From the NCBI GenBank assembly GCA_963809615.1, contig CAWEKR010000011.1, forward strand, positions 50,951 through 114,950: a DNA stretch of 64,000 nt. Direction: 5' to 3'. Position 1 is the first letter of the stretch. Each line of letters starts with the position of its first letter. Both the position numbers and the translations under genes were made by a program. Origin of the DNA: an uncultured Chloroflexia bacterium. Lineage in GTDB: Bacteria; Chloroflexota; Anaerolineae; Anaerolineales; UBA4823. Shown piece by piece: positions 1 through 9,970 of this stretch. Below the pieces are notes generated by a model, which made no database searches, was not told the origin of the DNA, and worked only from the letters and a program-made list of their open reading frames with translations.

Positions 1-841
1 CGGCATGGGGACCAATGACTGAACCCTCGACCGAGGCGCTGGGATGGATATAAACCGGAGGCCGGATGACCGCATCCTTATACGCAAGGACGCCTGCCAG
101 GTTGGCATGCCCATGTTCCAGCAGGTAGCGGTTGGTACTCAAAACGTCGTCAGGTGTGCCAGCGTCCAACCAGGTTTCCACGGGCTGCACGCGCATCTTC
201 AAACCACGCTCGAGCATGATGTTAATAGCATCGGCAAAGAAGAATTCACCGTTGAGGGCGATATTACGCTGCATCTGCTCGTCGATGGCTAGCAGCAGAT
301 CTTCCGCGCTGCGCAGGTAATAACAGCCCACGATCGCCAGGTTGTTGTCAGTATCCAGTGGCTTTTCAATCAGGTGGTCCACCCAACCATCTGATCTCAG
401 GCTGGCGACACCAAATCGGCGTGGGTCGGGCACGGCTTTCACCCAGGCAACTCCATCAGCGGTTTCCGTGGAAAGGAAGGAAAAATCAGTCTCGATGAGG
501 GTATCGACATAGACCATAACCATCGGACCAGTCAGGTATTCTTTCGCCAATGAGATGGCGTGAGATTGGCCGCGCATCTCAGGCTGCTGAACATAGGTTA
601 CCTGGAGATCGGGATGAGTCTGGTGCATATAGGCTTCAATTTTTTCCCCCAGGTAACCGACAATGAAGATGAACTCTAAATTTGGCTGATCGGGCAGAGT
701 GCTTAATGAGTCAAGGACATGATCGATCACCGTTTTGTCTGCAAGGCGAAGGAGCGGCTTTGGCCGGCTCCAGGTGTGCGGTCGTAAGCGGGTGCCATAC
801 CCCGCCATGGGGATGACGATTTTCAGGCTTGAGCTAAGCAA
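1..841 (-). CDS. Sugar-phosphate nucleotidyltransferase (RmlA/GlmU-like NTP-transferase fold plus C-terminal left-handed beta-helix); 3' end runs off the window
   Basis: Absent from the ORF track because there is no in-window stop. My minus-strand translation starts at TTG 841, with GGAGGG 6 nt upstream. It reads LLSSSLKIVIPMAGYGTRLRPHTWSRPKPLLRLADKTVIDHVL...QPEMRGQSHAI...WLDAGTPDD...VIRPPVYIHPSASVEGSVIGPH without stops to position 1. GxGTRLxP...KPLL is the nucleotidyltransferase signature. Confidence 0.8.
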   Translation of the reverse strand, partial: MLSSSLKIVIPMAGYGTRLRPHTWSRPKPLLRLADKTVIDHVLDSLSTLPDQPNLEFIFIVGYLGEKIEAYMHQTHPDLQVTYVQQPEMRGQSHAISLAKEYLTGPMVMVYVDTLIETDFSFLSTETADGVAWVKAVPDPRRFGVASLRSDGWVDHLIEKPLDTDNNLAIVGCYYLRSAEDLLLAIDEQMQRNIALNGEFFFADAINIMLERGLKMRVQPVETWLDAGTPDDVLSTNRYLLEHGHANLAGVLAYKDAVIRPPVYIHPSASVEGSVIGPHA

Positions 842-899
842 TGATTTCCCTCCGCTGGTGAGGATCGTGACGAAGACGAGCCACAAAACTTATTATACC

Positions 900-1598
900 T
901 TAGGAGACTCTGACGCACTTGACTTCGAAGATATTTTCAAATTCGGTGATCACCGCTTGCATGACTTGCGGCATGGAGGGAGGGTGAGGAAGGAGTTGGC
1001 CTATGCTGGTGACGGGGAGACCCTCGAGCCCGCAGGGGATGATACCATCCCAATAAGACATATCAGTCGCAACGTTCAGGGCGAATCCATGGCGGGTGAT
1101 GCCGTGTGCATCCACCTTCACACCGATGGCGGCGATCTTTGCGTCTTTGACCCACACACCGGTGAGGTTCTTGAACGTGCAAGCCTGGAGGCCAAACTGA
1201 TGGAGAGCAAGGATAAGCACCTGTTCCAATTTGCGCAGGTAGCCGGTGTAATCTGCCTGGGGAAGAGACGAGGAACCTGCCTGGGTGGGAGCAACCAGAC
1301 CATTATTTTGCAGGGGGATGAGCGGATAACCAACAAGCTGACCGGGTCCGTGATAGGTGATATCACCACCGCGGTCTACCCAAAACACCTCAATGCCGCG
1401 CCGTTTGAGCTCGGCTTCGCTCCACAGCAGGTTGGCAGCTTGACCCCGGCGACCGAAAGTGTAGGTGTGGGGGTGTTCCAGCAGAAGCAAGGTGGGAGGC
1501 AGTATACCTGCGGCGATCTGACCGGCAAGCTCTGCCTGTAAATCCCAGGCTTGCTGGTAGGGCACCAACCCCAGGCAGCGGACATGAGAACCCTGCAT
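900..1598 (-). CDS. lipB: Octanoyltransferase (lipoyl(octanoyl) transferase) LipB
   Basis: 232-aa track ORF. Motifs VDRGGDITYHGPGQLVGYP, KIAAIGVKV (acyl-Lys) and IIPCG are typical of LipB. Confidence 0.9.
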   Translation of the reverse strand: MQGSHVRCLGLVPYQQAWDLQAELAGQIAAGILPPTLLLLEHPHTYTFGRRGQAANLLWSEAELKRRGIEVFWVDRGGDITYHGPGQLVGYPLIPLQNNGLVAPTQAGSSSLPQADYTGYLRKLEQVLILALHQFGLQACTFKNLTGVWVKDAKIAAIGVKVDAHGITRHGFALNVATDMSYWDGIIPCGLEGLPVTSIGQLLPHPPSMPQVMQAVITEFENIFEVKCVRVS

Positions 1599-2144
1599 AG
1601 GGCTAGTATAACATCCGAAAAGATTTCGTTTGCTGAGAATAGGGGGTCGGATAGGATTGAAGGTTCGCTACTTAAATAATAACCTGAGCATAGGCTTGAA
1701 TCGTCCGGCAACTTTAAGGGACGATTTTAGGCGGTTAGTTGGGATTATCCTGTTATTACAGCTCGATCGCGAGAGATCTCGACCACAAGCTCCCAATGAT
1801 ATCAACTAATCGTACCGAGCGTATTGAATAAATAGGCTAATTGTGATAAAATATGTCTGTAATAAAATATACAATTGCGTATAAAGGGTGGTGTTAAACG
1901 CATTGATTCCTTTAATGAAGGTTCGTTTTTTCATAAGAATTACCAAAGGAATCTAAAAAACTATTCAATTAGTCGGATTTACCAATAACTGACCTAAGGC
2001 GAGTTCTTCATGCTGTTAAGGTCTTACTATATTACGATTAGATTTAGGAGAATTTCGATGGATAAAATAGATCAAGCAACAATAATCGGCATCCGCCCGG
2101 TAACCAGTACCACTTCGTACCATTCCACCAAGATAGATAAAGGG

Positions 2145-2831
2145 ATGGTGCGAATGACTGTCAGCGTGTGCATGTTGGTTATAACGGCAGTTCTTTCCGC
2201 ATGCAGCTCCTCAGGCAGTAAAACGCCAGCAGCAACTTCACCAAGTGCAATCATGCCACAGGTTACAGCGGCGCCAACCCAGACAACCGTTTCTCCCACT
2301 GCGACCGCGCCGCAAGATACTGCAACGCCAATCCCGGCAACAAGCGTGCCAGGGCAAGCGACGGTAAAAACCCAACTCGACCCATGCGCGCTGATCAGCA
2401 GCCAGGAAGCATCAACGCTTGCCGGTGCCTCGTTCGGGGCTGGTGTGGAAGGGACCACCCCTGGCGGTTTGAAATCCTGCACCTATGGTTCTCAGGGAAA
2501 GAACGTGTTCACAGTGGATGTCGTTCAGGCACCAGATGTGAACGCAGCGAAGGCGGATAAGGCGCAATTCCTGGCGGACCTCCAGGCATCTTTGCAGCAA
2601 TTGACGGATCAGGGACTCAATGTGACCGAAGAACCCAACTTTGCCGATGGAGCTGTACTAGCCGATGCGAGCGTCAACGGTGGCGGAATCATTATGAATG
2701 GCAGTGCAATTGGCTTTCTTAAGGGTACGGTCTTCTTCGGTTTTAGTGATATTGTTTTGGGCGGCGGCGCAGCACCTAACAGCGCGGCTTTGCACTCAGA
2801 GGCGACGACTGTGATCGGAAAGTTGCCATGA
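2145..2831 (+). CDS. Putative lipoprotein with a Pro/Thr/Ala-rich linker, function unknown
   Basis: Track ORF is 2010..2831. I prefer ATG 2145 (MVRMTVSVCMLVITAVLSAC), which gives a hydrophobic signal and lipobox L-S-A-C. A TPAATSP...PTATAPQDTATPIPAT linker and a globular C-terminal domain follow. Confidence 0.7.
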   Translation: MVRMTVSVCMLVITAVLSACSSSGSKTPAATSPSAIMPQVTAAPTQTTVSPTATAPQDTATPIPATSVPGQATVKTQLDPCALISSQEASTLAGASFGAGVEGTTPGGLKSCTYGSQGKNVFTVDVVQAPDVNAAKADKAQFLADLQASLQQLTDQGLNVTEEPNFADGAVLADASVNGGGIIMNGSAIGFLKGTVFFGFSDIVLGGGAAPNSAALHSEATTVIGKLP

Positions 2832-2906
2832 ATAGGTAATGAGAGCATGATAATTTTACCCAACCATAGGAAACCATAGACTTTACAGTATACAATCACA
2901 TAAAAT

Positions 2907-2931
2907 GGGCTGGCTCATCTCGGGCCAGCCC
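2907..2931. terminator. Stem-loop between convergent genes (likely bidirectional terminator)
   Basis: GGGCTGGC-loop 9 nt-GCCAGCCC. The flanks are T-rich on both strands (ttaactatt on plus, atttta on minus). Confidence 0.6.
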
Positions 2932-2996
2932 TTAACTATTCTCTGCACTTACATGGATTTGGAGGTTTATATTGTAGATATGAACCCCAAAAATTA

Positions 2997-3464
2997 TTAT
3001 TTGGTATTAACTTTACCTTCGATCATTTTCTGATCGATGACCTTGATTGAAATGCGCTTTGGTTTGACTTCTTCTGCCTTGGGCAAGCGCAGGGTCAACA
3101 CACCGTTCTGGTGTGAAGCTTCAATGGCATCAGCTTTTATCCTTGTCGGCAGGCTGATGCTGCGGGCAAATGATCCATAGCGGCGCTCGCGCAGGTGAAC
3201 CTGGTTTTCCTCGACCTCGTTTTCCGATTTGACCTCACCTTTGATGGTGAGGGTGTCGTCAACGTAGGAGACATCAAGGTCATCCGGATTGATGCCGGGG
3301 ACGGAGGCTTTGACGATGAAATCATCCTTGTTCTCAACCACATCCATGGCTAAACCCCACTGCATTGGCTGCCATTCATGGTCTGGATTGGCATTGTCGA
3401 ACCGACGATCGACGGTGCGGCGAAGGTTCAGCATTTCCTGGAAAGGATCCCATCGAGCTAACAT
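2997..3464 (-). CDS. Small heat-shock protein, Hsp20/alpha-crystallin family
   Basis: Alpha-crystallin domain (FIVKASVPGINPDDLDVSYVDDTLTIKGE...RRYGSFARSISLP...GVLTLRLPK). GGAGGT lies 7 nt upstream of the second ATG (3464), so I trim 5 codons from track ORF 2997..3479. Confidence 0.9.
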   Translation of the reverse strand: MLARWDPFQEMLNLRRTVDRRFDNANPDHEWQPMQWGLAMDVVENKDDFIVKASVPGINPDDLDVSYVDDTLTIKGEVKSENEVEENQVHLRERRYGSFARSISLPTRIKADAIEASHQNGVLTLRLPKAEEVKPKRISIKVIDQKMIEGKVNTK

Positions 3465-3679
3465 AGTTTTTACCTCCATCGTTATGAAAAAGTTGTTATT
3501 TTAGATTTCCTAAAACTATCCGTACTATAGAGTAAAATTGTTAAAATCAAAAATGAAAAATATCTGAAATTTATAAGAAACCTTCCCATCACTGTGATTG
3601 TCTTCATGGAGATCAGTGTGGACCCAATGGAAGGTTATTTATTCTAAAGGTAATGTGATGCAACAGCAAATAATATGAC

Positions 3680-4525
3680 ATGACTGAAAAACGAGGACTG
3701 GTCTTAACCCTGGTTATCGGAACAGTGGTCATATTTGTCGGATTGGTTTGGGCAATCTCCACTTACCTGCCGCTGAATTTAAACGCCTCTCCCAGCCCCA
3801 CTTTTACCGTCGATGCTCCACGGGTGGCGATGAACTGTGCTGCGCCGATTGCTTTTTGGCGGGAGCATCCAGAGTTATATCCGGTCCAGCTGGTGATCGC
3901 GGGACAAGTGTACCAATCGGGGGAACTTAAGGTGATCTTTTCTGGTCAAACTGATGACCTGCCAACGAGGTTACAGGCCCAGCTCACGGCAGCATACTTG
4001 AACATTCTATCTGGTGCAGACCAGAGCTACATAGAAACAACCATATTTGAAGCCTATGGGTGGGTAGTGGAGCACCCGGCAGGGAGCCAGATAGATGGTA
4101 GTGTGCAAGAGGAAGGAACAAGGTTATATAACCTGTTGGAGGCGTATAACCTGGGATTAACAGGCGTGGCGCCATGTGAAATCGAATTATTAACTATGAC
4201 CGAACCGGTAAAGATGGCTGATACGGCAACAGTCGTTTTTACACTGACACCCGGCCAAACCGAGACTGCCACACCCAGTGAGACCCCCAGCCCGACGAAC
4301 TTTCAAACCGAACCCATCTACACTGTGGTCGTACCCTCCCGAACGCCGAGCCCAACAAGAAGAAACACCGATCAGCCAGCATCGACACCCACGAATACAA
4401 CTGAACCAACTGCGACCAAAGCGCCAACAAATACACCTGCACCGCCGACGGCTACAACTGAATCCCCACCCACCTGGACGCCGCCTCCAATCGTTCCCAC
4501 CTGGACCCAGCCACCAGTACCTTAA
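3680..4525 (+). CDS. Membrane-anchored hypothetical protein with a Pro/Thr-rich C-terminal tail
   Basis: 281-aa ORF with an N-terminal TM helix (LVLTLVIGTVVIFVGLVWAI) and a globular middle. The C-terminal ~90 aa are TPSPT/TNTPAPPTATT low-complexity sequence. I recognise no family. Confidence 0.6.
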   Translation: MTEKRGLVLTLVIGTVVIFVGLVWAISTYLPLNLNASPSPTFTVDAPRVAMNCAAPIAFWREHPELYPVQLVIAGQVYQSGELKVIFSGQTDDLPTRLQAQLTAAYLNILSGADQSYIETTIFEAYGWVVEHPAGSQIDGSVQEEGTRLYNLLEAYNLGLTGVAPCEIELLTMTEPVKMADTATVVFTLTPGQTETATPSETPSPTNFQTEPIYTVVVPSRTPSPTRRNTDQPASTPTNTTEPTATKAPTNTPAPPTATTESPPTWTPPPIVPTWTQPPVP

Positions 4526-4589
4526 CTTTCTGCCACTCGTCCATTGGCGATGAATGGATATCATGCTTTCGCTTAAATCAAGACTCAAC

Positions 4590-4621
4590 AAAAATTCCCA
4601 TCCGAAGTTGTGGGAATTTTT
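4590..4621 (+). terminator. Rho-independent terminator candidate
   Basis: AAAAATTCCCA-loop 10 nt-TGGGAATTTTT followed by T. It lies 65 nt after the stop at 4525. Confidence 0.55.
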
Positions 4622-4761
4622 ATCTATTGATAAGGAAAGATGAAATCAATGATTAAGTTGGGGTCAGTTTGATTTCGACTAGGAGAACTTGTTATGTGAA
4701 GCAAAAAGAATACCAGCTGGTACGGATTAGCGTATAATCTGGGCAGAGTGAGGTGAGAATT

Positions 4762-6558
4762 ATGAAGAAAATCCTAAGCTTGACTGTTCCGCCTGGGCTA
4801 GTGGTAATTCTATTCATAATCATCCTTTCATATGTACCAGCAAGTGCGTCTACAGGCGGCTCAACCCTGGTGGGGGAAAATAACCGATCTGAACAAGCGG
4901 GTCCGCCATGGTTCGATGAAGCATGGCATTACCGGCGAGCGGTGGTTATCTCCAATGACGGAACAAGCCTTTCTTATTATCAAGTATTGATCAAGCTCGA
5001 CATTAACAACTTTGTTTTCAGCCGGGCGAAACCAGATGGATCGGATGTTCGCTTCACGCACAGTGATGGAACCACAGAACTAAAATTCTGGATCGAATCT
5101 TGGGATAACCTAAACAGGCTAGCATACGTGTGGGTACGTGTTCCTGCCGTGTCACCCGGCGATACGCCGATTTACCTATATTATGGCAACCCCGAGGCAA
5201 GCTCAGCAAGTGATGGTAATAGCACCTTTGACAGTTTTGATGACAATTGGATTTTTAATAGTGAGGGATCAAATCAAAGCGTTGAACCCGCCATTCAACA
5301 AACTACAGAAGAAGTATACAGCCCATTCGAATGGGAGCCCATCAGCGGAACACCCGAGGTAATAGCGGGGATTCTCAACCTGGCTGATGGGACGGGGATT
5401 AAATCTTCGTCAAGTTACCAATTTCGCGCAGTTGGTATGCGGGCGAACTACAGCTTGAATTCGACCGATGAATGGATCGGTTTTATTAATGGTACCAGTG
5501 GTCCGCGGACTTTGATCAGCGACAATAAAGCAGGAAACGTCGATGATATCTACCTGCTTGATACAGTAAATGGTTCTGACTTTGATTACGTCGTTTTACC
5601 AAAAGTAGAGGAAGATAACTGGCATGGTGACATGCATGTGTATGAATTACGCTGGGAACTTGGGCAAAGCCGAGGAGATATCGATCATGGTGCTTCCACA
5701 GCATCATCGAACCTGCCTGGGCTTGTTCCAAACGTCTCCTTACCCGTTTCAATCTATAATGATACAGACTCAGGCGGAACCCTGCTGGTGGATTGGGTGT
5801 ATGTACGCCAATACCGAGACCCAGAACCGATATCTTCCGTGCAAGGCGAGCAAGGGTTGGTTGAGCTGAGTATTGAGGATATAGATTACCCTGACCCGGT
5901 AAGAAAAGATGCAAAACTCACCTACCAGCTTACGATTGCCAACAGCAGCAGCATCAATGCGCCTGGGGTAGTCGTGACCGACACATTGCCCGGGAATATT
6001 CAAATCGGGTCGATAAGCCCTTCGCAAGGAACCTGCGAGCCTGGTAGCGTGGTTCTATGCGATCTTAACATCCTTTCTGCAAACACGACGGCAACAATTA
6101 CGATTGTGGTCACACCTACGGTTGAAGGGATAATTACCAATACTGTGGCGGTAGGTTCGCTGGGTTATGAGCTGGATCTAAGGGATAATTCCAGCGTAGA
6201 ATCAACTGTTGTAGATTCTACGCCCCCGGAAGTAGTTTGGGTAAAACCAGTAACCAATGGAAACGTATTCATCACGTTCGATCGAATAATCACCTTCGAG
6301 ACTACAGCCTCCGACAATGATCAGATCAACCGGGTGGAATTCTGGTGGTATGACGGGGAAAATTATTGGCATATCGACACAGTTATAACTCCACCATACC
6401 ATTCGTCATTCGATACAAGCGTTCTTCAACCAGGAATTCCATATTGGTTTGAAGCCAGGGCGTATGATAGGGCGGGTAATTCAAATTTTCCGTATAACCG
6501 CAGTTATATATACATCATTCGGCATCCTATAAATTATTTACCACTGATGTATAAATAA
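4762..6558 (+). CDS. Exported DUF2341-domain protein with a DUF11-type repeat and a C-terminal Ig-like domain
   Basis: N-terminal signal/anchor. A DUF2341-like block follows (WHYRRAVVISN...DGSDVRFTHSDGT.LKFWIESW...YVWVRVP...IYLYYGNP). A DUF11-like module is LTYQLTIANSS..VVVTDTLP...ATITIVVTP. ATG 4762 is preceded by GAGGTGA; the track ORF starts at 4753. Confidence 0.75.
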   Translation: MKKILSLTVPPGLVVILFIIILSYVPASASTGGSTLVGENNRSEQAGPPWFDEAWHYRRAVVISNDGTSLSYYQVLIKLDINNFVFSRAKPDGSDVRFTHSDGTTELKFWIESWDNLNRLAYVWVRVPAVSPGDTPIYLYYGNPEASSASDGNSTFDSFDDNWIFNSEGSNQSVEPAIQQTTEEVYSPFEWEPISGTPEVIAGILNLADGTGIKSSSSYQFRAVGMRANYSLNSTDEWIGFINGTSGPRTLISDNKAGNVDDIYLLDTVNGSDFDYVVLPKVEEDNWHGDMHVYELRWELGQSRGDIDHGASTASSNLPGLVPNVSLPVSIYNDTDSGGTLLVDWVYVRQYRDPEPISSVQGEQGLVELSIEDIDYPDPVRKDAKLTYQLTIANSSSINAPGVVVTDTLPGNIQIGSISPSQGTCEPGSVVLCDLNILSANTTATITIVVTPTVEGIITNTVAVGSLGYELDLRDNSSVESTVVDSTPPEVVWVKPVTNGNVFITFDRIITFETTASDNDQINRVEFWWYDGENYWHIDTVITPPYHSSFDTSVLQPGIPYWFEARAYDRAGNSNFPYNRSYIYIIRHPINYLPLMYK

Positions 6559-6611
6559 ATCAGATCGGGATCAATTTATTTTTTTGTTGCATCTAACAGG
6601 GGGGAGTATTA

Positions 6612-7739
6612 TTAACGCGCGGCTCGCAGGGCTGGTTGGAGTGATTCCTGGCTGCCGTCAAGGAAACCAGCCGGCAGTGCCAGGGATGCCATTGATGCAC
6701 CTGGCTGGCTTAAGGCGGACGTGGGGGTGTAAAAAAAGGCGACCTCGCCTCCGGGCTCAGGCTGGTAGGTATAAAAAAGGTAGGTACCATCGGGGCTCCA
6801 GTGGGCATCGCGATAGCAGCACGATCCATTGGGAGTAAGCTCTTGGCTTTGGTCCTCATCGAGGTTATAGAGCTGCAAATCGCCAAAGCCTTCATTCACA
6901 TACCCATTCAGTAAGAGTTGGTCATTGCCGTTCCAGGAAAGGCTGGTAATTTCCGGATGGTCATAATAGCCGCGCAGGGTGAAAAGAAAGTGTGTGGGGA
7001 GGATGTCCTTTATCAGCAGAGGGGTGGCTGAGCATTGGTTAAAGTCCAAAATGCTGACCTCATCGCGATAAATCCCATCCACCAGCGTTGAAAGCAGCAT
7101 TGCCAGGCGGTTATTGGCCAGGGACCACACAGCAGCTTTCAAAACTTCGCCGGTATTGTAGGGAGCGAAATATGAACACTTGGCGTTTGAGTGAATATCG
7201 GCGGGCAGGCTCTCCTGGGGTAAGCTGAACAGCTGTGTATAGGGAAGCAGGTACAGGTTTGATCCTTCCAGCCCCAAGGCAACCTGCTGACCATCAGGCG
7301 AAATGTCGAAGGCGCTGATCGTGGGGAGGCCGGTAAAACAGGTCAGGGTCAGCACCTCCCGGGTATGCAGACCGACCAAATTGATGCAGTTGTCGGAAGT
7401 GTAGATTACCGATTGACCTTCGGGAGTCCAGTGCAGATTGGATTTCTTATCCCCATCGGTGGTCAGCTGGACGAGCTCGCTGCCATCCAGGTTGGAGGCC
7501 CAGATATCCGAGGACTTCACGAAAGCAAGCTTATCCGCCTGACCGAGTACCAGGGGGGATTGCGAGGAGGAAGTGACTGTACCTATGGCTTGAGATGGTA
7601 ACGTTTCCTGGATATTCGGAGTGTCTGGTTTTAGCAAAGAGCCCGATTTGGGGGTAAATGGGAACACACCTTGCGTCCATAGGATAATCGCAACGGACAG
7701 GATGACGAGCACGGCGGCGGTTAGCAGCCAACCCCACAC
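6612..7739 (-). CDS. Membrane-anchored PD40/TolB-like beta-propeller protein
   Basis: N-terminal TM helix WGWLLTAAVLVILSVAIILW. Recurrent PD40-type blades (HWTPEGQSVIY, ISPDGQQVAL, HWSPDGTYLFY). The GTG start has no SD; see the finding on possible fusion with the upstream kinase. Confidence 0.7.
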   Translation of the reverse strand: MWGWLLTAAVLVILSVAIILWTQGVFPFTPKSGSLLKPDTPNIQETLPSQAIGTVTSSSQSPLVLGQADKLAFVKSSDIWASNLDGSELVQLTTDGDKKSNLHWTPEGQSVIYTSDNCINLVGLHTREVLTLTCFTGLPTISAFDISPDGQQVALGLEGSNLYLLPYTQLFSLPQESLPADIHSNAKCSYFAPYNTGEVLKAAVWSLANNRLAMLLSTLVDGIYRDEVSILDFNQCSATPLLIKDILPTHFLFTLRGYYDHPEITSLSWNGNDQLLLNGYVNEGFGDLQLYNLDEDQSQELTPNGSCCYRDAHWSPDGTYLFYTYQPEPGGEVAFFYTPTSALSQPGASMASLALPAGFLDGSQESLQPALRAAR

Positions 7740-7770
7740 CGGGATGATGAACCGTTTCTTCAGCAGTGAG

Positions 7771-8802
7771 TCAGAAGGAGGACCTGGCAGAAGGTGGTCG
7801 TGCTTTCGACTTGTTAGAAGGAGAGCTGGCTAACAGGGCTGCGGGTTTTTGTGCTGCAGCAATTGATCCAGGGACGGGGGTCGAAGTGCCATTGGTTGTT
7901 TCAGAGGTGGCAGGTGCTGAGCTCCGGCGTTTGGATGAATCGGTTTTCGTTGGACTGCCCCGCAAGGTGGGCTTCCGGTGCACCCCGGTGGTTACAGCCT
8001 GGATCGCCTTGGCGAATTCTCCAGCTGACTGATAACGGTCATCAGGCTTTTTCGCCATAGCGATATCCAGGATAGCCTGGACACTGGTGGGCAGGGTGCT
8101 GTTTTTCTCAAGGATCTGGGGTACCGGATTGACCAGGTGCATCATCATCACCGATGCTGCGGTGGTTCCATAAAAAGGAACAACTCCACTGAGCATTTGA
8201 TAGAGCACAACCCCCATGGAATAGATATCTGAACGACCGTCGATTTCACGATCGCCCTGGATCTGTTCTGGGCTCATGTAAGCCGGCGTACCCATGATCG
8301 TGCCATCGCTGATGTTGGCAAAGCCGATGGTTTCTCTCAAGCGGGCAAGACCAAAATCGGAGAGGAAGACGTTGTCGTATTTATCGAACAACAGGTTGTC
8401 AGGTTTAACATCGCGATGGGTGACCCCGCGGGCGTGAGCGGTGTCGAGGGCTGGCGCTAACCGCAGGTACATATCCATGCATTCGCGGAGAGATATAGGA
8501 CCCTTTTTCAGCTTGTCGGCCAGCGAACCGCCGGACATGTAACGCATGACGATATAAGGCTGGTCATCATCCTCACCCATGTCATAAACCGGCACGATGG
8601 CGGGATGCTCCAGGAGGGCGATCATATACGCTTCACGGTCGAACCGTTCGCGAAACTTGGTGGAGTGCAAGTAATAGGGAGGCAGGATCTTGACGGCGAC
8701 CTCACGCTGGGCGCGCGGATCATAACCCAGGTAGACGGTGGACATGCCACCCTGTCCTATCATCGATTTGATATCGTATCGGCCGATGTGCTGCAGCTCC
8801 AT
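7771..8802 (-). CDS. Hanks-type Ser/Thr protein kinase
   Basis: GQGGMSTVY (G-loop), VAVKIL, HRDVKPDNLL, DFG and TPAYMSPEQ. The start is set at MELQHIGRYDI (ATG 8802) rather than the track start 8922. The C-terminal tail is Ser/Pro/Ala-rich. Confidence 0.9.
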   Translation of the reverse strand: MELQHIGRYDIKSMIGQGGMSTVYLGYDPRAQREVAVKILPPYYLHSTKFRERFDREAYMIALLEHPAIVPVYDMGEDDDQPYIVMRYMSGGSLADKLKKGPISLRECMDMYLRLAPALDTAHARGVTHRDVKPDNLLFDKYDNVFLSDFGLARLRETIGFANISDGTIMGTPAYMSPEQIQGDREIDGRSDIYSMGVVLYQMLSGVVPFYGTTAASVMMMHLVNPVPQILEKNSTLPTSVQAILDIAMAKKPDDRYQSAGEFAKAIQAVTTGVHRKPTLRGSPTKTDSSKRRSSAPATSETTNGTSTPVPGSIAAAQKPAALLASSPSNKSKARPPSARSSF

Positions 8803-9061
8803 GAGACTTTCTATTTTAGTCAAGTAAGGTGTAAACGACAAGGTTTCAATCGTCCAGCTAACAGGTTTGATAGGAAAGCAGCTGACAAACACCGGACTGC
8901 ACTCACTCGCACCTGATTTCAATTACCTGAATATCCGGGTGGGGACCTGCCCGAATGGACGATGCGAATTAAGGCGATTTTACTTATACTAAAAGAGCTA
9001 TATGCATAAAATCTACAATGCAAGTGAATTGTAGAAATCTGGTAAATATCGGAGGTAGTCT

Positions 9062-9970
9062 ATGGTTACAGGAAGTAATTCTCTAAGTGCATTTTCAGAC
9101 TCGCTGGTTGAGGCAGTGACCAAGGCGGGTGAATCGACAGTAACAGTGAATGGACGGCACCGAATGCCGGCGAGTGGAATAGTATATGCAGCCGATTTGA
9201 TCTTAACAGCAGACCATGTGGTTGAGAGAGATGAGGACATCTCGGTGACACTCGCCAACGGCACGAACATCACAGCAAGTATCGCCGGGCGAGACCCAGG
9301 GAATGACCTGGTGCTTCTGCGCCTGGAAAAAACGAGCCTCATGGCAGCTGAGAAAACGAGCCAGGAGACAAAGGTGGGTCAGGTGGTGATCGCACTCGGA
9401 CGGCCAAGCCAGGAAGGGATCGAGGCCAGCCTGGGGATCGTCAGCGCGATTGGCGGGCCAGTCAGAACCGGGCGAGGTGGACTATTGGAGCGCTACCTGC
9501 GTACAGATGCCGTCCCATTCCCTGGCTTTTCTGGAGGACCACTTATCGATATAGAGGGCAGGGTGGTCGGGTTGAATACATCAGGACTGGCGCACGGGGC
9601 TGCTATCACTATTCCGGCTTTTCTGGCCTGGTCGGATGCGGAAAACCTGGCAAAGTACGGTTATATCAAGCGAGGCTACCTGGGCATCCGCTCTCAGCAG
9701 GTGGAATTGACAGCTGATATACGTAAAGAACTGGGCCGTGAGCAGGAGGCCGGTTTACTGCTGGTTTCAGTGGAAAGCGGCAGTCCAGCAGAAGCCAGCG
9801 GCTTGATGGTTGGAGACATCCTGGTGGGAATTGACGGGAAGGTGATCGCTGACCATGACGAGCTAATGGTACACTTGAGCGGAGATTCGGTGGGGAAATC
9901 CCTTTCAATGCAGATTCTGCGGGGTGGAAAGCCTTTGACCATTTCCGTAACGGTGGGCGAACGCAAATAA
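9062..9970 (+). CDS. Trypsin-like serine protease with C-terminal PDZ domain (HtrA/DegP-like, S1C)
   Basis: Catalytic triad contexts LTADHVV, NDLVLLRL and GFSGGPL. PDZ segment GLLLVSVESGSPAEASGLMVGDILVGIDG. GGAGG SD upstream. No obvious signal peptide. Confidence 0.85.
   Translation: MVTGSNSLSAFSDSLVEAVTKAGESTVTVNGRHRMPASGIVYAADLILTADHVVERDEDISVTLANGTNITASIAGRDPGNDLVLLRLEKTSLMAAEKTSQETKVGQVVIALGRPSQEGIEASLGIVSAIGGPVRTGRGGLLERYLRTDAVPFPGFSGGPLIDIEGRVVGLNTSGLAHGAAITIPAFLAWSDAENLAKYGYIKRGYLGIRSQQVELTADIRKELGREQEAGLLLVSVESGSPAEASGLMVGDILVGIDGKVIADHDELMVHLSGDSVGKSLSMQILRGGKPLTISVTVGERK

Noticed and set aside
735-1541. 268-aa plus-strand ORF
   Set aside because: It lies antisense to lipB, whose product has unmistakable LipB motifs. 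The plus-strand translation has no recognisable features, so it is a shadow ORF.
3465-3560. Possible RNA thermometer or heat-shock operator (CIRCE/HAIR) upstream of hsp20, and a TTGATT...TATAGT promoter
   Set aside because: No CIRCE (TTAGCACTC-N9-GAGTGCTAA) or HAIR repeat is present. Only a 5-bp A/U pairing could mask the SD. The -35/-10 candidates are only 15 nt apart. The evidence is not strong enough to annotate.
5076-5092. GAACTAAAATTC near-match to GAAC-N4-GTTC
   Set aside because: It has one arm mismatch and lies inside the DUF2341 coding sequence, so it is probably a chance match.
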